The translations under genes and the position numbers were made by a program. Under the pieces are notes generated by a model. It was not told the origin of the DNA. It made no database searches and saw nothing but the letters and a program-made list of their open reading frames with translations. This document shows positions 10,252 to 21,881 of a stretch of DNA of 64,000 nucleotides, in pieces (the stretch's first letter is position 1; every line of letters starts with the position of its first letter). Source of the stretch: Spirochaetota bacterium (lineage in GTDB: Bacteria; Spirochaetota; UBA4802; UBA5550); contig CAXXHB010000003.1 in the NCBI GenBank assembly GCA_963664815.2, forward strand, positions 1,312,001 to 1,376,000. The letters run 5' to 3'.

Positions 10252-13200
10252 ATGAGCTTAAAAAATGTTCTCGGGATTGATATAGGTTCAATTTCGGTAT
10301 CTGTAGTTGAGATGACCCGGGAAAGAGAAATTGTTAAAAAAGATTACGGATTTCATGAAGGGCATATCAGGGAGACACTTCTCGGATTGCTGGAGAGCTA
10401 TAGTTTCAGTGAAATATCAGCTCTGGCTTTAACATCTTCCACGCCGGATATTTTTTGCAAAGGGGGGAGGTTTGACTCCAGAATTTCCATTATATCTGCG
10501 GCAAAGCATATTCATAAAAAGCCGGGGGCAATTCTTCTGATAGGTGGAGAAAAGTTCGGGCTTACCATGTTTGATGAGAATGGAAATTACAGAAATTATA
10601 AATCAAATACCTCATGTGCGGCCGGAACCGGGAGTTTTCTTGAACAGCAGGCAAGGAGGCTTAATCTTCCTGATATACAGACTTTCAGCAGGATTGCGGA
10701 AGGTAACTCAGGAGGCATTCCTAAAATCGCATCAAGGTGTGCCGTATTTGCAAAAACTGACCTGATTCATGCCCAGCAGGAGGGGTACTCCCTGGCAGAG
10801 ATATGTGACGGCCTCTGTCATGGTCTTGCAAGGAGTGTGGCAGACACTCTTTTTGGTAATGAAAATGCCGTTGATCCGATAGTGATGGCGGGGGGTGTTT
10901 CAAAGAACAGAGCTGTAGTGAAACATCTTTCTTCGATAATAGAAAAAGAGATTATAGTCGATGAGAATTCCCATATCTTCGGAGCTATAGGGTGCGCGCT
11001 TCTTTATCTTGAGGGTGCGGAAAACAATACCCTGAAAGATTATGATCTCAGTCTTGATTCTGCAGAAGATATTATTTCAGATCATAAGAAAATGAAAAAT
11101 TACCATTATAAACCTCTTAAACTGGAACTTTCTGAATACCCGGATTTTAAAAGCCTCAGATCGTACGAATATATCCCGAAATATTTCCCTATGGCAACTC
11201 CGGTAGAGATTGATATATACAATAATGTTGATTCATCAAGGGTTGTGCCGGTTTATATGGGAATTGATATAGGATCGACCAGCACAAAGGCTGCTATTGT
11301 TGATATTAACGGTTCTGTCGTTGCGGGATTATATACACGTACGGCGGGGAGACCTGTCGAAGCTGTACAGGCCATTTTTGAAGCAGTTGATGATACAGGT
11401 TTTTCATTTGAATTCCTTGGGGTAGGGACAACAGGGTCCGGCAGAAAGTTCATAGGCAGTATAATCGGGGCTGATTCAGCCCTTGATGAAATTACAGCGC
11501 ACGCCAGGGCTGCGTATATGCTTGATCCTGATGTTGATACGATAATTGAGATCGGGGGGCAGGACGCAAAATTCACCACGCTAAGGAACGGTATGGTAAC
11601 ATTCTCAATAATGAACAATGTCTGCGCTGCAGGGACAGGGAGTTTCATAGAAGAGCAGGCAAGAAAGCTTTCGTGCCCGCTTTCGGAATATGCCGGGAGG
11701 GCTGAAGGGCTCCCCGCACCTCTTTCAAGCGACAGGTGTACTGTCTTTATGGAGCGGGATCTTAATCATTACCTGAGCGAGAACTATACGACAGATGAAG
11801 TGCTGGCCTCTGTGCTTCATTCTGTACGGGAAAACTACCTGACCAAGGTCGCCATAGAAAAAAATATTGGCGATAAGATTTTTTTTCAGGGGGCTACTGC
11901 CAAAAATATAGCGCTTGTAGCAGCCTTTGAGCAGCGTCTTGGCAAGCCGATAATGGTATCAAAATTCTGCCATATTACAGGCGCGCTGGGTGCAGCGCTT
12001 GATCTTATTGATCATAAGGTTGTTGAATCGACATTTCGCGGGATTGGTATTTATAAACAGAAAATTCCTGTTAAAACCGAGGTATGCGGACTCTGTAACA
12101 ACAGCTGCAAGATCAAGATTGCGGAAGTAAACGGCGATACTGTAGCATTCGGATTTTTGTGCGGGAGGGATTATGAGACAAAACGTTTTGTTAACCAGAA
12201 CAGCTCAGGATTTGATCTTCTGAAGGAGAGAAAAAGCCTGATGGATGTAAAACCGCTGAGAGAACCGCAGTATGATTTTACAGTCGGTATTCCCGCTGCA
12301 CTTCATATGTTCGATGAGATTGAGCTGTGGAAAGACTTTTTCGCCAGACTCGGGATAAAGACAGTAACCAGTGAAAAATGCGGAAGCGGGATAAGGGAGG
12401 GTAAAAAGATCTCAGGTTCGGAGTTCTGTGCACCGATGTCGGGCATGCATGGCCATATACAGTACCTTGCCGGTAAAGCTGATTACATTTTTCTGCCTGT
12501 TTTCCTGGAGCAGAAAAACGATGTACAGGGTGTCAGGAGAAATTACTGTTACTATACACAGTTTGTTACGCCGATAATAAATGCCTGCGGGGCTATTGAC
12601 CGGAGGGAAAATATTCTGTCGCCGGTCATACGTTCGCTGGGAAGCACGATTAATCTGAAACTTCAGCTGCTTAAAATGTTCAAAGGCATTTCCGGCAGCA
12701 GCATTACATTTATGCAGGTTTCATCCGCCTACGACTCTGCTTTAAAGAAATTTAATGAGAAAAAAAACAGGCTTGTTTCTCTTTATGAAAAACACAGGAG
12801 TAAAAGTGATATAAACATTGTACTGCTCGGAAGGCCATATACCGTACTTTCATCCTCAATGAATAAAGGCATACCTGAAATTATAGGCAAAATTGGTGTA
12901 AAAGCTTTTTTTCAGGATATGATACCTTCAGACAGTAAAGCAAAGGAGGATGCAGACCCTCTGCTCAGGCTGCTTCACTGGAATTATGCGGCATCAATAC
13001 TCGAATGTGCAGGTGTTGCAGGCAAAGCAGATGGTCTTTATCCCGTGCTTGTAACTTCATTCAAGTGTACTCCCGATGCCTATACGATAGAATATTTTAA
13101 AAAAATAATGGATGCCCATAATAAACCATATCTGATTCTTCAGCTTGACGAACATGATTCGAATGTGGGATACGAAACGCGTATAGAGGCGGGGATAAGG

Positions 13201-14505
13201 TCTTTCAGAAACCATTTCAGCGCAGGAGAAACAAGGCAGGCCGCCGATTATTCGGCAGTTAATCCTCTGGTGGTTACAAAGAGAAGCGTTCTTAGAGGGA
13301 AAACACTTCTCCTTCCAAGATGGGATGGCATTCTCGGGGAATTCATGACAGCCCTTCTGCAGCATGAAGGTATTGACGCGCGTATGGTTGACGAAAGCCG
13401 TGAATCAATACAGAGAAGCCTGAGCCACAATACCGGGCAGTGCATTCCTCTTAACATAATCATTCAGAACTGTGTTGAATATATAAGAAAGCACGATCTC
13501 GATCCAGCAAAGACAGTTATGTGGAATATAAGCTCAAAAATTTCATGTAACCTGGGAATGTTCTCATATTACAGCAAAACCCTGCTTGAGTCAATGGGGG
13601 GAGGCCTTGAGAAAATTGAGGTTTATGCCGGATCAATAACCCTTACAGATATTTCATACCGGGCAGCTCTGAATATGTATACGGCGTGCATGTTTGCAGG
13701 AATGCTTCGCCGCATGGGGTGTTATTTAAGACCCTATGAAACGGTACCGGGGAAAACAGACAGTGTTCTTGAACTTTCAATACCTGTAATATCAGAGGCG
13801 TTCCGGACCGGATCCTCAAGAGAGAAGGCGCTTGAAGAGGTTATAAAGCATTTTGAATCTGTCGAGGTGAAAAGAACCGATCGTCCAAAAGTGGCTATAT
13901 TCGGTGATCTATATGCGCGGGATAATGACATTCTGAACCAGAATATAATATCTGTCATTGAAAGGAACGGTGGAGAGGTTATTACAACGCCATACAGTGA
14001 ACTGATAAAGATCATTGCCGGGCCGTATATAAAAAAATGGATGAAAGAGGGGAGGTATCTTGAAGCCCTGACATCTAAAATTCTGGAACAGGCCATTACG
14101 GTATTTGAGAATAAATACTTTCCATATTTCAACCGCATATTGAAGGGGAATACAGATATTGCTCTTCCTCCGTTCACCGGGGTACTTGAGAAATTCAATA
14201 TGAAGACGGAACATACCGGCGAGTCCATGGAAAATGCGCTTAAAATATATTCCCTGATGATGCATCATCCCGATCTTAAACTTTTTGTACAGACAAACCC
14301 GGCATTCTGCTGCCCGTCGCTTGTCACCGGGGCAATGTCCCGTCATATCGAATCTGTAACAGGTATACCGATTGTAACAATTGAGTATGATGGGACCGGC
14401 GGGTTTAAAAACGATGACATTATTCCCTACCTGAAATACCCGAGGAGTGGTGTCATAAGTAAAAACGGGGATAACCCGGTTAATGATGAATACAACTGTG
14501 CCTGA
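10252..14505 (+). CDS. CoA-substrate-specific enzyme activase (BcrAD/BadFG/HgdC-type, two ATPase domains plus DUF2229-like region)
   Basis: Two GIDIGS motifs, SCAAGTGSFLE and VCAAGTGSFIE, IEIGGQDAK, RCAVF/RCTVF, LQLDEH...TRIEA. Confidence 0.9.
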   Translation: MSLKNVLGIDIGSISVSVVEMTREREIVKKDYGFHEGHIRETLLGLLESYSFSEISALALTSSTPDIFCKGGRFDSRISIISAAKHIHKKPGAILLIGGEKFGLTMFDENGNYRNYKSNTSCAAGTGSFLEQQARRLNLPDIQTFSRIAEGNSGGIPKIASRCAVFAKTDLIHAQQEGYSLAEICDGLCHGLARSVADTLFGNENAVDPIVMAGGVSKNRAVVKHLSSIIEKEIIVDENSHIFGAIGCALLYLEGAENNTLKDYDLSLDSAEDIISDHKKMKNYHYKPLKLELSEYPDFKSLRSYEYIPKYFPMATPVEIDIYNNVDSSRVVPVYMGIDIGSTSTKAAIVDINGSVVAGLYTRTAGRPVEAVQAIFEAVDDTGFSFEFLGVGTTGSGRKFIGSIIGADSALDEITAHARAAYMLDPDVDTIIEIGGQDAKFTTLRNGMVTFSIMNNVCAAGTGSFIEEQARKLSCPLSEYAGRAEGLPAPLSSDRCTVFMERDLNHYLSENYTTDEVLASVLHSVRENYLTKVAIEKNIGDKIFFQGATAKNIALVAAFEQRLGKPIMVSKFCHITGALGAALDLIDHKVVESTFRGIGIYKQKIPVKTEVCGLCNNSCKIKIAEVNGDTVAFGFLCGRDYETKRFVNQNSSGFDLLKERKSLMDVKPLREPQYDFTVGIPAALHMFDEIELWKDFFARLGIKTVTSEKCGSGIREGKKISGSEFCAPMSGMHGHIQYLAGKADYIFLPVFLEQKNDVQGVRRNYCYYTQFVTPIINACGAIDRRENILSPVIRSLGSTINLKLQLLKMFKGISGSSITFMQVSSAYDSALKKFNEKKNRLVSLYEKHRSKSDINIVLLGRPYTVLSSSMNKGIPEIIGKIGVKAFFQDMIPSDSKAKEDADPLLRLLHWNYAASILECAGVAGKADGLYPVLVTSFKCTPDAYTIEYFKKIMDAHNKPYLILQLDEHDSNVGYETRIEAGIRSFRNHFSAGETRQAADYSAVNPLVVTKRSVLRGKTLLLPRWDGILGEFMTALLQHEGIDARMVDESRESIQRSLSHNTGQCIPLNIIIQNCVEYIRKHDLDPAKTVMWNISSKISCNLGMFSYYSKTLLESMGGGLEKIEVYAGSITLTDISYRAALNMYTACMFAGMLRRMGCYLRPYETVPGKTDSVLELSIPVISEAFRTGSSREKALEEVIKHFESVEVKRTDRPKVAIFGDLYARDNDILNQNIISVIERNGGEVITTPYSELIKIIAGPYIKKWMKEGRYLEALTSKILEQAITVFENKYFPYFNRILKGNTDIALPPFTGVLEKFNMKTEHTGESMENALKIYSLMMHHPDLKLFVQTNPAFCCPSLVTGAMSRHIESVTGIPIVTIEYDGTGGFKNDDIIPYLKYPRSGVISKNGDNPVNDEYNCA

Positions 14506-14758
14506 TTAAACCGGATTTACATGGCATTGCCGGAATCTGAATTATTATATAAGATGCGATTCCGGGTTATGCTCATTCCAGTAACCTGAATGCACATTCC
14601 AGTCTGAATAAAAATTGCCTGATCCGGAACAATTATTCCGGATCAGGTGAAAATATACCCTGTGACTGAAAAATAACCTTCCCTTTTTCTATATTAATTG
14701 TTGACCATTCCTTAAATTTTATATATAAAAGAATCAGGAATACCGGAAATAAATTGCA

Positions 14759-15322
14759 ATGAAAAATGAAAATCCCTTTATCTCTGTGATAGAGTTTAAA
14801 AATGTTTATTCCCATCCCGGAGATATGGAATGTGTTGTCAGGGAATTTCATGCAATATTTGACAAAACAGCGGAATTTCTTAAACCTGTGAAAATAAATA
14901 CAACAGAAGGGCTTGGATGGGTTTTACTTGAACTTCTGAATAACGCTGTGAGATCACCGGTTTCCCTTGCCATGAACCGGGGAGTAATAGATATTAATGA
15001 AACCAATTTTTTTACTGATATTATTATACGCAAATCTGTCTGTGATACAGATAAAGGTAAATCTTTAGAGCTGTCTGTCATGAACAGCGGAGAGTACTCT
15101 GAAAACGTCATAAAATCCATGCAGGAAATACTTGCCGGCGGGATGACGATACTTGACTGTGAGGAGCGTTTTATGCTTAAAGGGAGCTATACCGGTAACG
15201 GGGGTATGGGGATAATTCTATCAAAGAAACAGATTGAGAATGCACTTGGAGGAACTCTGTCACTGGAATGGCACGATGGATACTATGACTTTACCATAAG
15301 ATTTACAGTAAAAGACATTTAA
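14759..15322 (+). CDS. Stand-alone HATPase_c-like protein
   Basis: N-box-like LLELLNNAV and G-box-like GNGGMGIILSK; no HisKA domain. Confidence 0.55.
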   Translation: MKNENPFISVIEFKNVYSHPGDMECVVREFHAIFDKTAEFLKPVKINTTEGLGWVLLELLNNAVRSPVSLAMNRGVIDINETNFFTDIIIRKSVCDTDKGKSLELSVMNSGEYSENVIKSMQEILAGGMTILDCEERFMLKGSYTGNGGMGIILSKKQIENALGGTLSLEWHDGYYDFTIRFTVKDI

Positions 15323-15414
15323 AACGGTATTTCTATATTTATTTTGTAGTTAAATCACAACCGGGATTTTAAAAAATAGTCTGATAAACAGATTGCATAT
15401 ACAGCGGAGGAACT

Positions 15415-16317
15415 ATGAAAGAATCTGAAGTAATAATTATAGGGCAGGGGCCGGCGGGTCTCTCGGCGGGGATATATACATCAAGGGCCGGTATTAAAAC
15501 ATTTATCCTCGGATGTGAACCTAAAATTGCCGGAGATTACGAGATTGATAATTACTTCGGGTTCCCGGAAACGATTTCCGGCAGAGAGCTTATTGAAAGA
15601 GGGATGAAACAGGCGGAGAGATTCGGCGCCTCAATTCTGTGCGACAGGGTAATAGGGATTCATTTTGATGATTCCGGGAAATATATGGTTAAAACTGAAA
15701 ATGACGAGTTTCTGACATGCTCTGTTATTCTTGCCACAGGTGTATCTCGGAAAAAGCCGCGTATCCCTGATATAGATAAATATGAGGGTAAGGGTATTTC
15801 ATACTGTGTAAGCTGCGACGGATTCTTCTTTAAAGGGAAAAAGGTTATAGTTGCAGGGGAGGGATTATATGCCGCAAACCAGGCAATGGAGCTTTATAAT
15901 TATACCACCGACCTCTCTATATGCACGCTTGGAGCGAAGAGCGCTATCCCGTCCGGTTTCATGAAACATCTTTCAGAACGGAATATTCCTGTGATGGAAA
16001 CCGGCATCATGTCACTTCATGGAGAGATGAACCTTGAGAAAGTCACTTTTTCAGATGGTACCGTAATGGATGCATCGGGCATTTTTATTGCGCTGGGTGA
16101 CGCGTCTTCAGTTGATTTTGCAAAGAGTCTTGGAGTAATAACAGAGGGTAATTTTATACAGATCGACAGAGAGATGAAGACTAACGCGCCTGGTATATTT
16201 GCAGCAGGAGACTGTACCGGCGGGTTTTTACAGATAAGCGTTGCTGTGGGAGAAGGGGCTGCGGCCGGCAGATCAGCTATAGAGCATGTAAGGAATACAT
16301 GCAGAACCTCCGTATGA
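15415..16317 (+). CDS. trxB: Thioredoxin-disulfide reductase-like FAD/NAD(P) oxidoreductase
   Basis: IIGQGPAGLSA, GISYCVSCDG redox CxxC, GIFAAGD. Confidence 0.85.
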   Translation: MKESEVIIIGQGPAGLSAGIYTSRAGIKTFILGCEPKIAGDYEIDNYFGFPETISGRELIERGMKQAERFGASILCDRVIGIHFDDSGKYMVKTENDEFLTCSVILATGVSRKKPRIPDIDKYEGKGISYCVSCDGFFFKGKKVIVAGEGLYAANQAMELYNYTTDLSICTLGAKSAIPSGFMKHLSERNIPVMETGIMSLHGEMNLEKVTFSDGTVMDASGIFIALGDASSVDFAKSLGVITEGNFIQIDREMKTNAPGIFAAGDCTGGFLQISVAVGEGAAAGRSAIEHVRNTCRTSV

Positions 16318-16357
16318 TAATCCGGGTTAAGCAGATATTTTATATTTAAAAAAATAA

Positions 16358-16455
16358 TTCCTGAACTTTTTTATAATAGAAAACCGCCGCCTTTAGCGGC
16401 GGTGAGATATAAGCATTTATTTTACTCTGAAATATTTGTTAAGGAATTAACATCG
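16358..16455 (+). repeat. Dispersed ~110-bp intergenic repeat, copy 2
   Basis: TTCCTGAACTTTTTTATAAT..CCGCCGC-TTTA-GCGGCGGTGAGATATAA..GAATTAACATCG. Confidence 0.75.
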
Positions 16456-16467
16456 GGTTAAAACAGG

Positions 16468-19275
16468 TTATCTGCTTACTATTTTTGTTCTTATCCCCTC
16501 CGGTGTGAACTCAAATTCGAACCTTAATTCGGATGTTTTAAAAAACCTCTTCAGATATAATGGAACCGAACCGTTGCTGCTTTCATCCATTCTGAGAACC
16601 GGATAATACCAGTTGCCGTAAACAGTGTTTCCAACTTCGCCCGATCTCCTGTCATATGTATACTCCCCGCCGAGAGGGCATACAGGTTTGAAACCGAAAT
16701 TTCTATATGCAATATCAGGTAATTCCTTACTGTCAGCATCGGGATACATCATACCCAGCAACTTTATTGTTCCGGAATTTCTTCTGCTTTTGGAAAGACC
16801 GCTTTCTATCATGCCGGCCCGGTATGTCTCCTTTTCAAGCAGCATCTCTGAGGGCCTGTAAACGAGCGCCGCATTCTTTTTTATCGAACCTGATTTTGCT
16901 GAAGGGTTGATATCAAGTATCTCTTTCATATACTTTTCGGTTGTAGCTATGTGTATAACATTATCCTTTTCTGCCAGATAGATTCTTGTTATGAGTGAAT
17001 TGAAAAGCGTAAGTTTCAGCACGCGTATATCATTCCTGTTATAAGTAAACAGGTAGCTTTCGCTCTGTATATAGTTACTGAAGCTGCTGCGTTCTATAAT
17101 TTTGTCTATAAGAGTGTTTATTATATTCATACCCTCCCTTGGCCTGTTTACCGGCAGAGCAATTCTCACGGGGTGGGACAACGACCATACCAGCAGTCCT
17201 GTGATAACCTCGGATGAACGGATGATATTGCCGGCGGAGAATTCTGCAATGATGGCAGGATTAAAGTCAGCAAGAGGCAGCGCATCTCCCATGTGAAGCT
17301 GGATCTCCCCTGTGAAGATTTCATTCTGGCCCGGAGCTGATTTCAGAAGTGAGGCTGAGTCGATTCCTGAAAGAGCAAGGTAACTGTTAATTGCAAGCTG
17401 GTTTACTTTAAAGGCAATACTGAGGGTATCACCCCTGATTTTACTGTCCGGATGGAGTTCAACAGGTTTGCCGCCGGCAATTCCCGCAAGCAGAGAATAC
17501 ACCGGGTTATCAGTCAGCGGCAGTATACATGTCTCTATGGATATGCCGGGGTCAGTTTTGATCCTTATTCCGACAGGATCAAAAACATCCCTCCGGAAAC
17601 CGGTGTAGGTATCTGCAAACTTTCTATACTCCTCCGCCTCGCGTCTGGAAACCGCACCAGTTTCAGTTTCTATCAACGGCAGCATGTAGCCGGTTTTCCC
17701 GTAATAATCGCTTCTGGCTGAAAACGAGCCTGGTGTTATTGATATACCCTTAAACCGTTTTGACTCAAGTGCGCCAGGTTTGCTTACGGCATCAATTATA
17801 CCGAGTACCTCGACTGGCGTAAATGCCTGATCACCTGTGATTTTCCTGTAAAACATCTTGAGATCGTAGATAAAATCATCGGGGCCGGGACTTTTTTTCC
17901 TTTTTTTACCGGGCTTTTTTACATCAGGGGGAACAAGTGCTGCTCTAAAGCTGTCCCAGGTGGAGATGTCGGCCTGTTCAAGTTTAATTGCTTTTCCGTA
18001 AAATGAATTTCTTTTCAGCGACTCAAGCTCCTTTTTCCTGGCATCTGTGAAAGATGAACCGCCGGCTGAATCCATAACCTCTTCAATGGAAGAAGGAACC
18101 TTACCAGTGGCCTGGTAGTGGTATATCATGTATTTTTCCAGAACTGCAGCTTTCATCGCTTCATACATCCTTCTCGCCTCTTTGATCTTTAAAGCCGGTG
18201 AAACAAGGTAGCGGATGAACCTGTCAGACAGGTAGATGAATCCGTCTTCATTATCTCTGCCTGCGGGGTAGATTGAGCGCATGTACCTGTAATCCCATGA
18301 ATCAGCTATGGATGTCAGCTTGCCTGAAAACGTGTCAATCACCCTCTCAACGGCTTTGGCTGAGTTCGAAACGACTGCTGTACCGTCTGGAAGTGTGAAG
18401 AAAAATGACCATACCCTGCGGTCGCCGGTAAAAATGTGGCTCCCCTTTATTCCGCAGACAAGAATTTCCCTCTCTGTCGCAGAGTACCTCTCTTTTATAT
18501 ATCTTCTCATACCGCCTATAGCCTGATAGACAATCTGCGGTGATGCCGGACGGATAATAATTGTAACATCGCTCCCTTCAATAAAGAATGGATCTGAACC
18601 TGTAATGGCTATTTCAGTAATTGCCCCGGAATAAAATGCCGCCATATCCTGGCTCTCTCTCATTGCAAGCTGTACCATAAGCTTGTCTTTTACCATGTAA
18701 TCCACCGAAACAGGGGAAAACCGCTTGTATACAGCCGAGCCTGTTTCATTTAAAAAATTGATAAAATCAATGGCTTTTGATCCGTAATTAAAATGCATAT
18801 AGTAAAAATCATCGGGCACGCATTTATCGACAGGATATGTTTTGTAATCCCTGTTCTTCAGCATTTTTTCATATGGGTGTGATTCAATACTGACCGGTGT
18901 AATGGAAGACGGGTTGACATCCCTGATATTATCATCAACCGGCCTTATACTTTCAAGCAGAAGTGATTCCCTGATTGCCAGCCCCCCCGAAAGAAGAGAG
19001 TAGAGGTTGATGCTGTTGCCGCGCAGATTGAGCCGATCTACATCATCAAAGGGATCGCTTTTATATTTCTGAGGCCTTATGCCTGATGATTTTTCAAGGT
19101 GCTGAAGTATTTCGCTTGTGTACCCCAGGTAATCTCCGCCGGAAAGTTCAATATTATATAATTTATCCGCTATCTCCTGCTTTTTCTGTTTTGATATTTC
19201 ACAGATGGAATCGGAAGCCGGGAGAATAAAGGCTGCTGACATTGTCAGGATGGCCGCGGTTTTTTTTATATTCAT
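16468..19275 (-). CDS. Large exported hypothetical protein
   Basis: 935-aa ORF, signal-peptide-like N-terminus, C-terminal CPLGGEY motif; no catalytic motif recognised. Confidence 0.6.
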   Translation of the reverse strand: MNIKKTAAILTMSAAFILPASDSICEISKQKKQEIADKLYNIELSGGDYLGYTSEILQHLEKSSGIRPQKYKSDPFDDVDRLNLRGNSINLYSLLSGGLAIRESLLLESIRPVDDNIRDVNPSSITPVSIESHPYEKMLKNRDYKTYPVDKCVPDDFYYMHFNYGSKAIDFINFLNETGSAVYKRFSPVSVDYMVKDKLMVQLAMRESQDMAAFYSGAITEIAITGSDPFFIEGSDVTIIIRPASPQIVYQAIGGMRRYIKERYSATEREILVCGIKGSHIFTGDRRVWSFFFTLPDGTAVVSNSAKAVERVIDTFSGKLTSIADSWDYRYMRSIYPAGRDNEDGFIYLSDRFIRYLVSPALKIKEARRMYEAMKAAVLEKYMIYHYQATGKVPSSIEEVMDSAGGSSFTDARKKELESLKRNSFYGKAIKLEQADISTWDSFRAALVPPDVKKPGKKRKKSPGPDDFIYDLKMFYRKITGDQAFTPVEVLGIIDAVSKPGALESKRFKGISITPGSFSARSDYYGKTGYMLPLIETETGAVSRREAEEYRKFADTYTGFRRDVFDPVGIRIKTDPGISIETCILPLTDNPVYSLLAGIAGGKPVELHPDSKIRGDTLSIAFKVNQLAINSYLALSGIDSASLLKSAPGQNEIFTGEIQLHMGDALPLADFNPAIIAEFSAGNIIRSSEVITGLLVWSLSHPVRIALPVNRPREGMNIINTLIDKIIERSSFSNYIQSESYLFTYNRNDIRVLKLTLFNSLITRIYLAEKDNVIHIATTEKYMKEILDINPSAKSGSIKKNAALVYRPSEMLLEKETYRAGMIESGLSKSRRNSGTIKLLGMMYPDADSKELPDIAYRNFGFKPVCPLGGEYTYDRRSGEVGNTVYGNWYYPVLRMDESSNGSVPLYLKRFFKTSELRFEFEFTPEGIRTKIVSR

Positions 19276-19628
19276 AATTACTCTCCTTATATTACGAATT
19301 CTGTACCCCGTTAAAAAAATCCAGGAAAATATATATCATTTTAAAAAGAAATATCAGGTCTCAATACATTGAAGGAAAAGACTCTTGTAAATCATGCCGC
19401 AGCGTTGCAATGCCTGACCAGGTTTCAGCCGGTGTAAAACGGTACAGGCAGGGCTTCCATGCGGGTGCAGGATGCAGTTTCAAAACAGGTCTGCTGATAA
19501 ATAAGAATTAATAAATACTGTACTTTTTTAATTATCAGTGTTAAACTTGTTATTATCTGGTTGTTTTATACAGAAAAATGTTTTTTAATGTCAAGATGAA
19601 AAAGCCGTAATAAATTTATTAAATGATC

Positions 19629-19737
19629 CGATGTTGATTTTTTAATATATATTTTAACGTTAAATAGACGATTATATCTCGCCACATTCTTTGACGGTGG
19701 TTAGAATAGAGTATTTTCTACTATAAAAGTTCAGGAA
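19629..19737 (-). repeat. Dispersed ~110-bp intergenic repeat, copy 3
   Basis: Reverse complement TTCCTGAACTTTT..AAAATACTCTAT..CCACCGTCAAAGAATGTGGCGAGATATAATCGT..AACATCG aligns with 8501-8612. Confidence 0.7.
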
Positions 19738-19786
19738 TTTCTATTGTAAGATATCATAAATTTCCGGAAAGGGGAATAAGGATAAT

Positions 19787-20806
19787 ATGAGTGAAAATTT
19801 AATACTGGACCATATTGTTAATATAACAGAGCACAGGGATCTTGAAATTCTCGAGATAAGCCTTATGCAGACTATTTTTGAGGTTATACCATGCAGAAAG
19901 GTTTTTATGCTGAGATACAATATGGAACAGGAAAAGTTACTATGTTCGGCCTGTTTTGATATTACCGGCCTGAACAACAGCTGCATTGAGTCGTGTATTG
20001 ATAAGACTCTGGTTATGGAGATGATTAAGGAAGTGAGTGAAACAGGTAAACTCAGGGCATACGCGGATAAAGGGGGGTATATAATATGCCCTGTGTCTCT
20101 CACAGGTAAAAACAGAACTTTTATAGAGGTTGAGTCATCGTCATACTCGGAATCTGATATAAGGGTGCTTGAATCCCTGACAAAGATATATCATAACTAT
20201 GTGTCACTTCTTGTTGACAACCAGCGTGACACCCTTACCGGCCTCCTTAACAGGAAAACATTTGATGACAAAATAATGAAACTGGTTGAAGTGAAAAAAG
20301 GGGAAACGCCGGCCGGAGATTATATAAATGAAAGAAGAAGGCATAATACAAAGCGTTTCTGGCTTGGTATGTATGATATAGATTTTTTTAAAAAAATAAA
20401 TGATTCATACGGCCATGTATTCGGGGACGAGGTATTGATTATTATATCACAGTTAATAACTGAATTTTTCAGAGCCGATGATCTTAAATTCCGTTTCGGC
20501 GGCGAGGAGTTTATAACTGTTATCATTGCTGACAGTACAAGGGATGCATATGAAGTATTTGAAAGGTTCAGGAAAACGGTGGCCTCTCATAAATTCCCCC
20601 AGATAGGAAAGGTCACCGTAAGTATTGGAATTGTTGAGATAACAGGTTACGAAATGTCGACGGCATTTGTCGGTTCGGCGGATAAGGCGCTCTATTACGC
20701 AAAGGAACATGGGAGGGATATGACATGCGTATATTCCGAACTTGTAAAGGATGGCCTTTTAAGCTCGGATATTCATAAAGGGGGAATTATTATATTTGAC
20801 CAGTGA
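19787..20806 (+). CDS. Diguanylate cyclase (GGDEF domain)
   Basis: DTLTGLLNR, DIDFFKKINDSYGHVFGD, RADD I-site, RFGGEEF. Confidence 0.92.
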   Translation: MSENLILDHIVNITEHRDLEILEISLMQTIFEVIPCRKVFMLRYNMEQEKLLCSACFDITGLNNSCIESCIDKTLVMEMIKEVSETGKLRAYADKGGYIICPVSLTGKNRTFIEVESSSYSESDIRVLESLTKIYHNYVSLLVDNQRDTLTGLLNRKTFDDKIMKLVEVKKGETPAGDYINERRRHNTKRFWLGMYDIDFFKKINDSYGHVFGDEVLIIISQLITEFFRADDLKFRFGGEEFITVIIADSTRDAYEVFERFRKTVASHKFPQIGKVTVSIGIVEITGYEMSTAFVGSADKALYYAKEHGRDMTCVYSELVKDGLLSSDIHKGGIIIFDQ

Positions 20807-20816
20807 CACACTTTCT

Positions 20817-21803
20817 TCAGAACAGGCCTGGTTGTTCATGATCTGTTATATCTGAAGAGCATAATTCCTCTTCAATTTCCCTCAGCCATATATCGGAAAG
20901 ATATTCAGGCGTACCGAGAAATGCGGAATGTTCAAAGCCTTTATCTGAACTGAACATGTTGTAAAACTCAGATGCCCTCAGAACATTGCTGTTGGCGTAA
21001 CAGTATATACAGCCGTGGGTACAGCTGTCGTATATGCCTATATCAGTACTCTCCGTGCAGCCGCACTCTTTGCGTGTGGGGCGGGATTTGAACTTATGGT
21101 GGCCCATTCCTGATATTGATGACAGTATTACACCGTCGATACATCGCCCCTTAAGTATTTTCTCTCCGGTGAGGTAGTCTCCGCAGCATGAATATATCTT
21201 TATCCCGTAGTTCGCGGCTGTTTCAGCAAGTTTACATGCCAGTTCTATCCTGTCATTAATATCAGGTGATATAAGTGATATTCCGGTTTTTCCGGTGAAA
21301 CTTTTAAAGCTTCTGTCCACTTTGCCATATTCAGTGGGGAAACTGATATAGCACCGTTTGACATAACCTGAGAGAGCACGGCATAAAGATTCAAATTTAT
21401 CAAGGTGATAATCCGCGCCGGTAATGTCTGAAACCAGTACCGGGTCGTACCTCCAGTTTATATGCTCAGGTGAAAACCTGCTGCTGAGATATTTCATCGA
21501 TTCAACAGATTCATACTCTCCGGGAGCCGCCGGTTCAAATATGGCGGGGAGTCCTGTTAATGTATAATTGAAAAAGAGTGAGTAGCCTTCATCTTTAAGC
21601 AGCAGGGCATTGTTTAAAAAAGGTGAGAAGTTCTTTGACCACAGAACAATGGAGGCAACATCATCTTTTTTCAATGAAACAATGTGCTTTTTATTATTGA
21701 ACGGATTAATATACCCGGCGAAACCCCCGGCCACACGGTTCATAAACCAGTTTCCGTAAAATGCCGGGATGTCTGTCCGTCTTGACGCTGAAATTATCTT
21801 CAT
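20817..21803 (-). CDS. DUF1848 family protein (radical-SAM-like)
   Basis: IISASRRTDIPAFY, WRYDP, RKECGC..SxDIGxYDSCxHGCxYCYA. Confidence 0.9.
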   Translation of the reverse strand: MKIISASRRTDIPAFYGNWFMNRVAGGFAGYINPFNNKKHIVSLKKDDVASIVLWSKNFSPFLNNALLLKDEGYSLFFNYTLTGLPAIFEPAAPGEYESVESMKYLSSRFSPEHINWRYDPVLVSDITGADYHLDKFESLCRALSGYVKRCYISFPTEYGKVDRSFKSFTGKTGISLISPDINDRIELACKLAETAANYGIKIYSCCGDYLTGEKILKGRCIDGVILSSISGMGHHKFKSRPTRKECGCTESTDIGIYDSCTHGCIYCYANSNVLRASEFYNMFSSDKGFEHSAFLGTPEYLSDIWLREIEEELCSSDITDHEQPGLF

Positions 21804-21881
21804 AAACTCCTGAATCTGGTATCATTATATAAAATACCCTGTAATTCAGGTAAACAAAAAAATATTACCGGGAGTATAGAA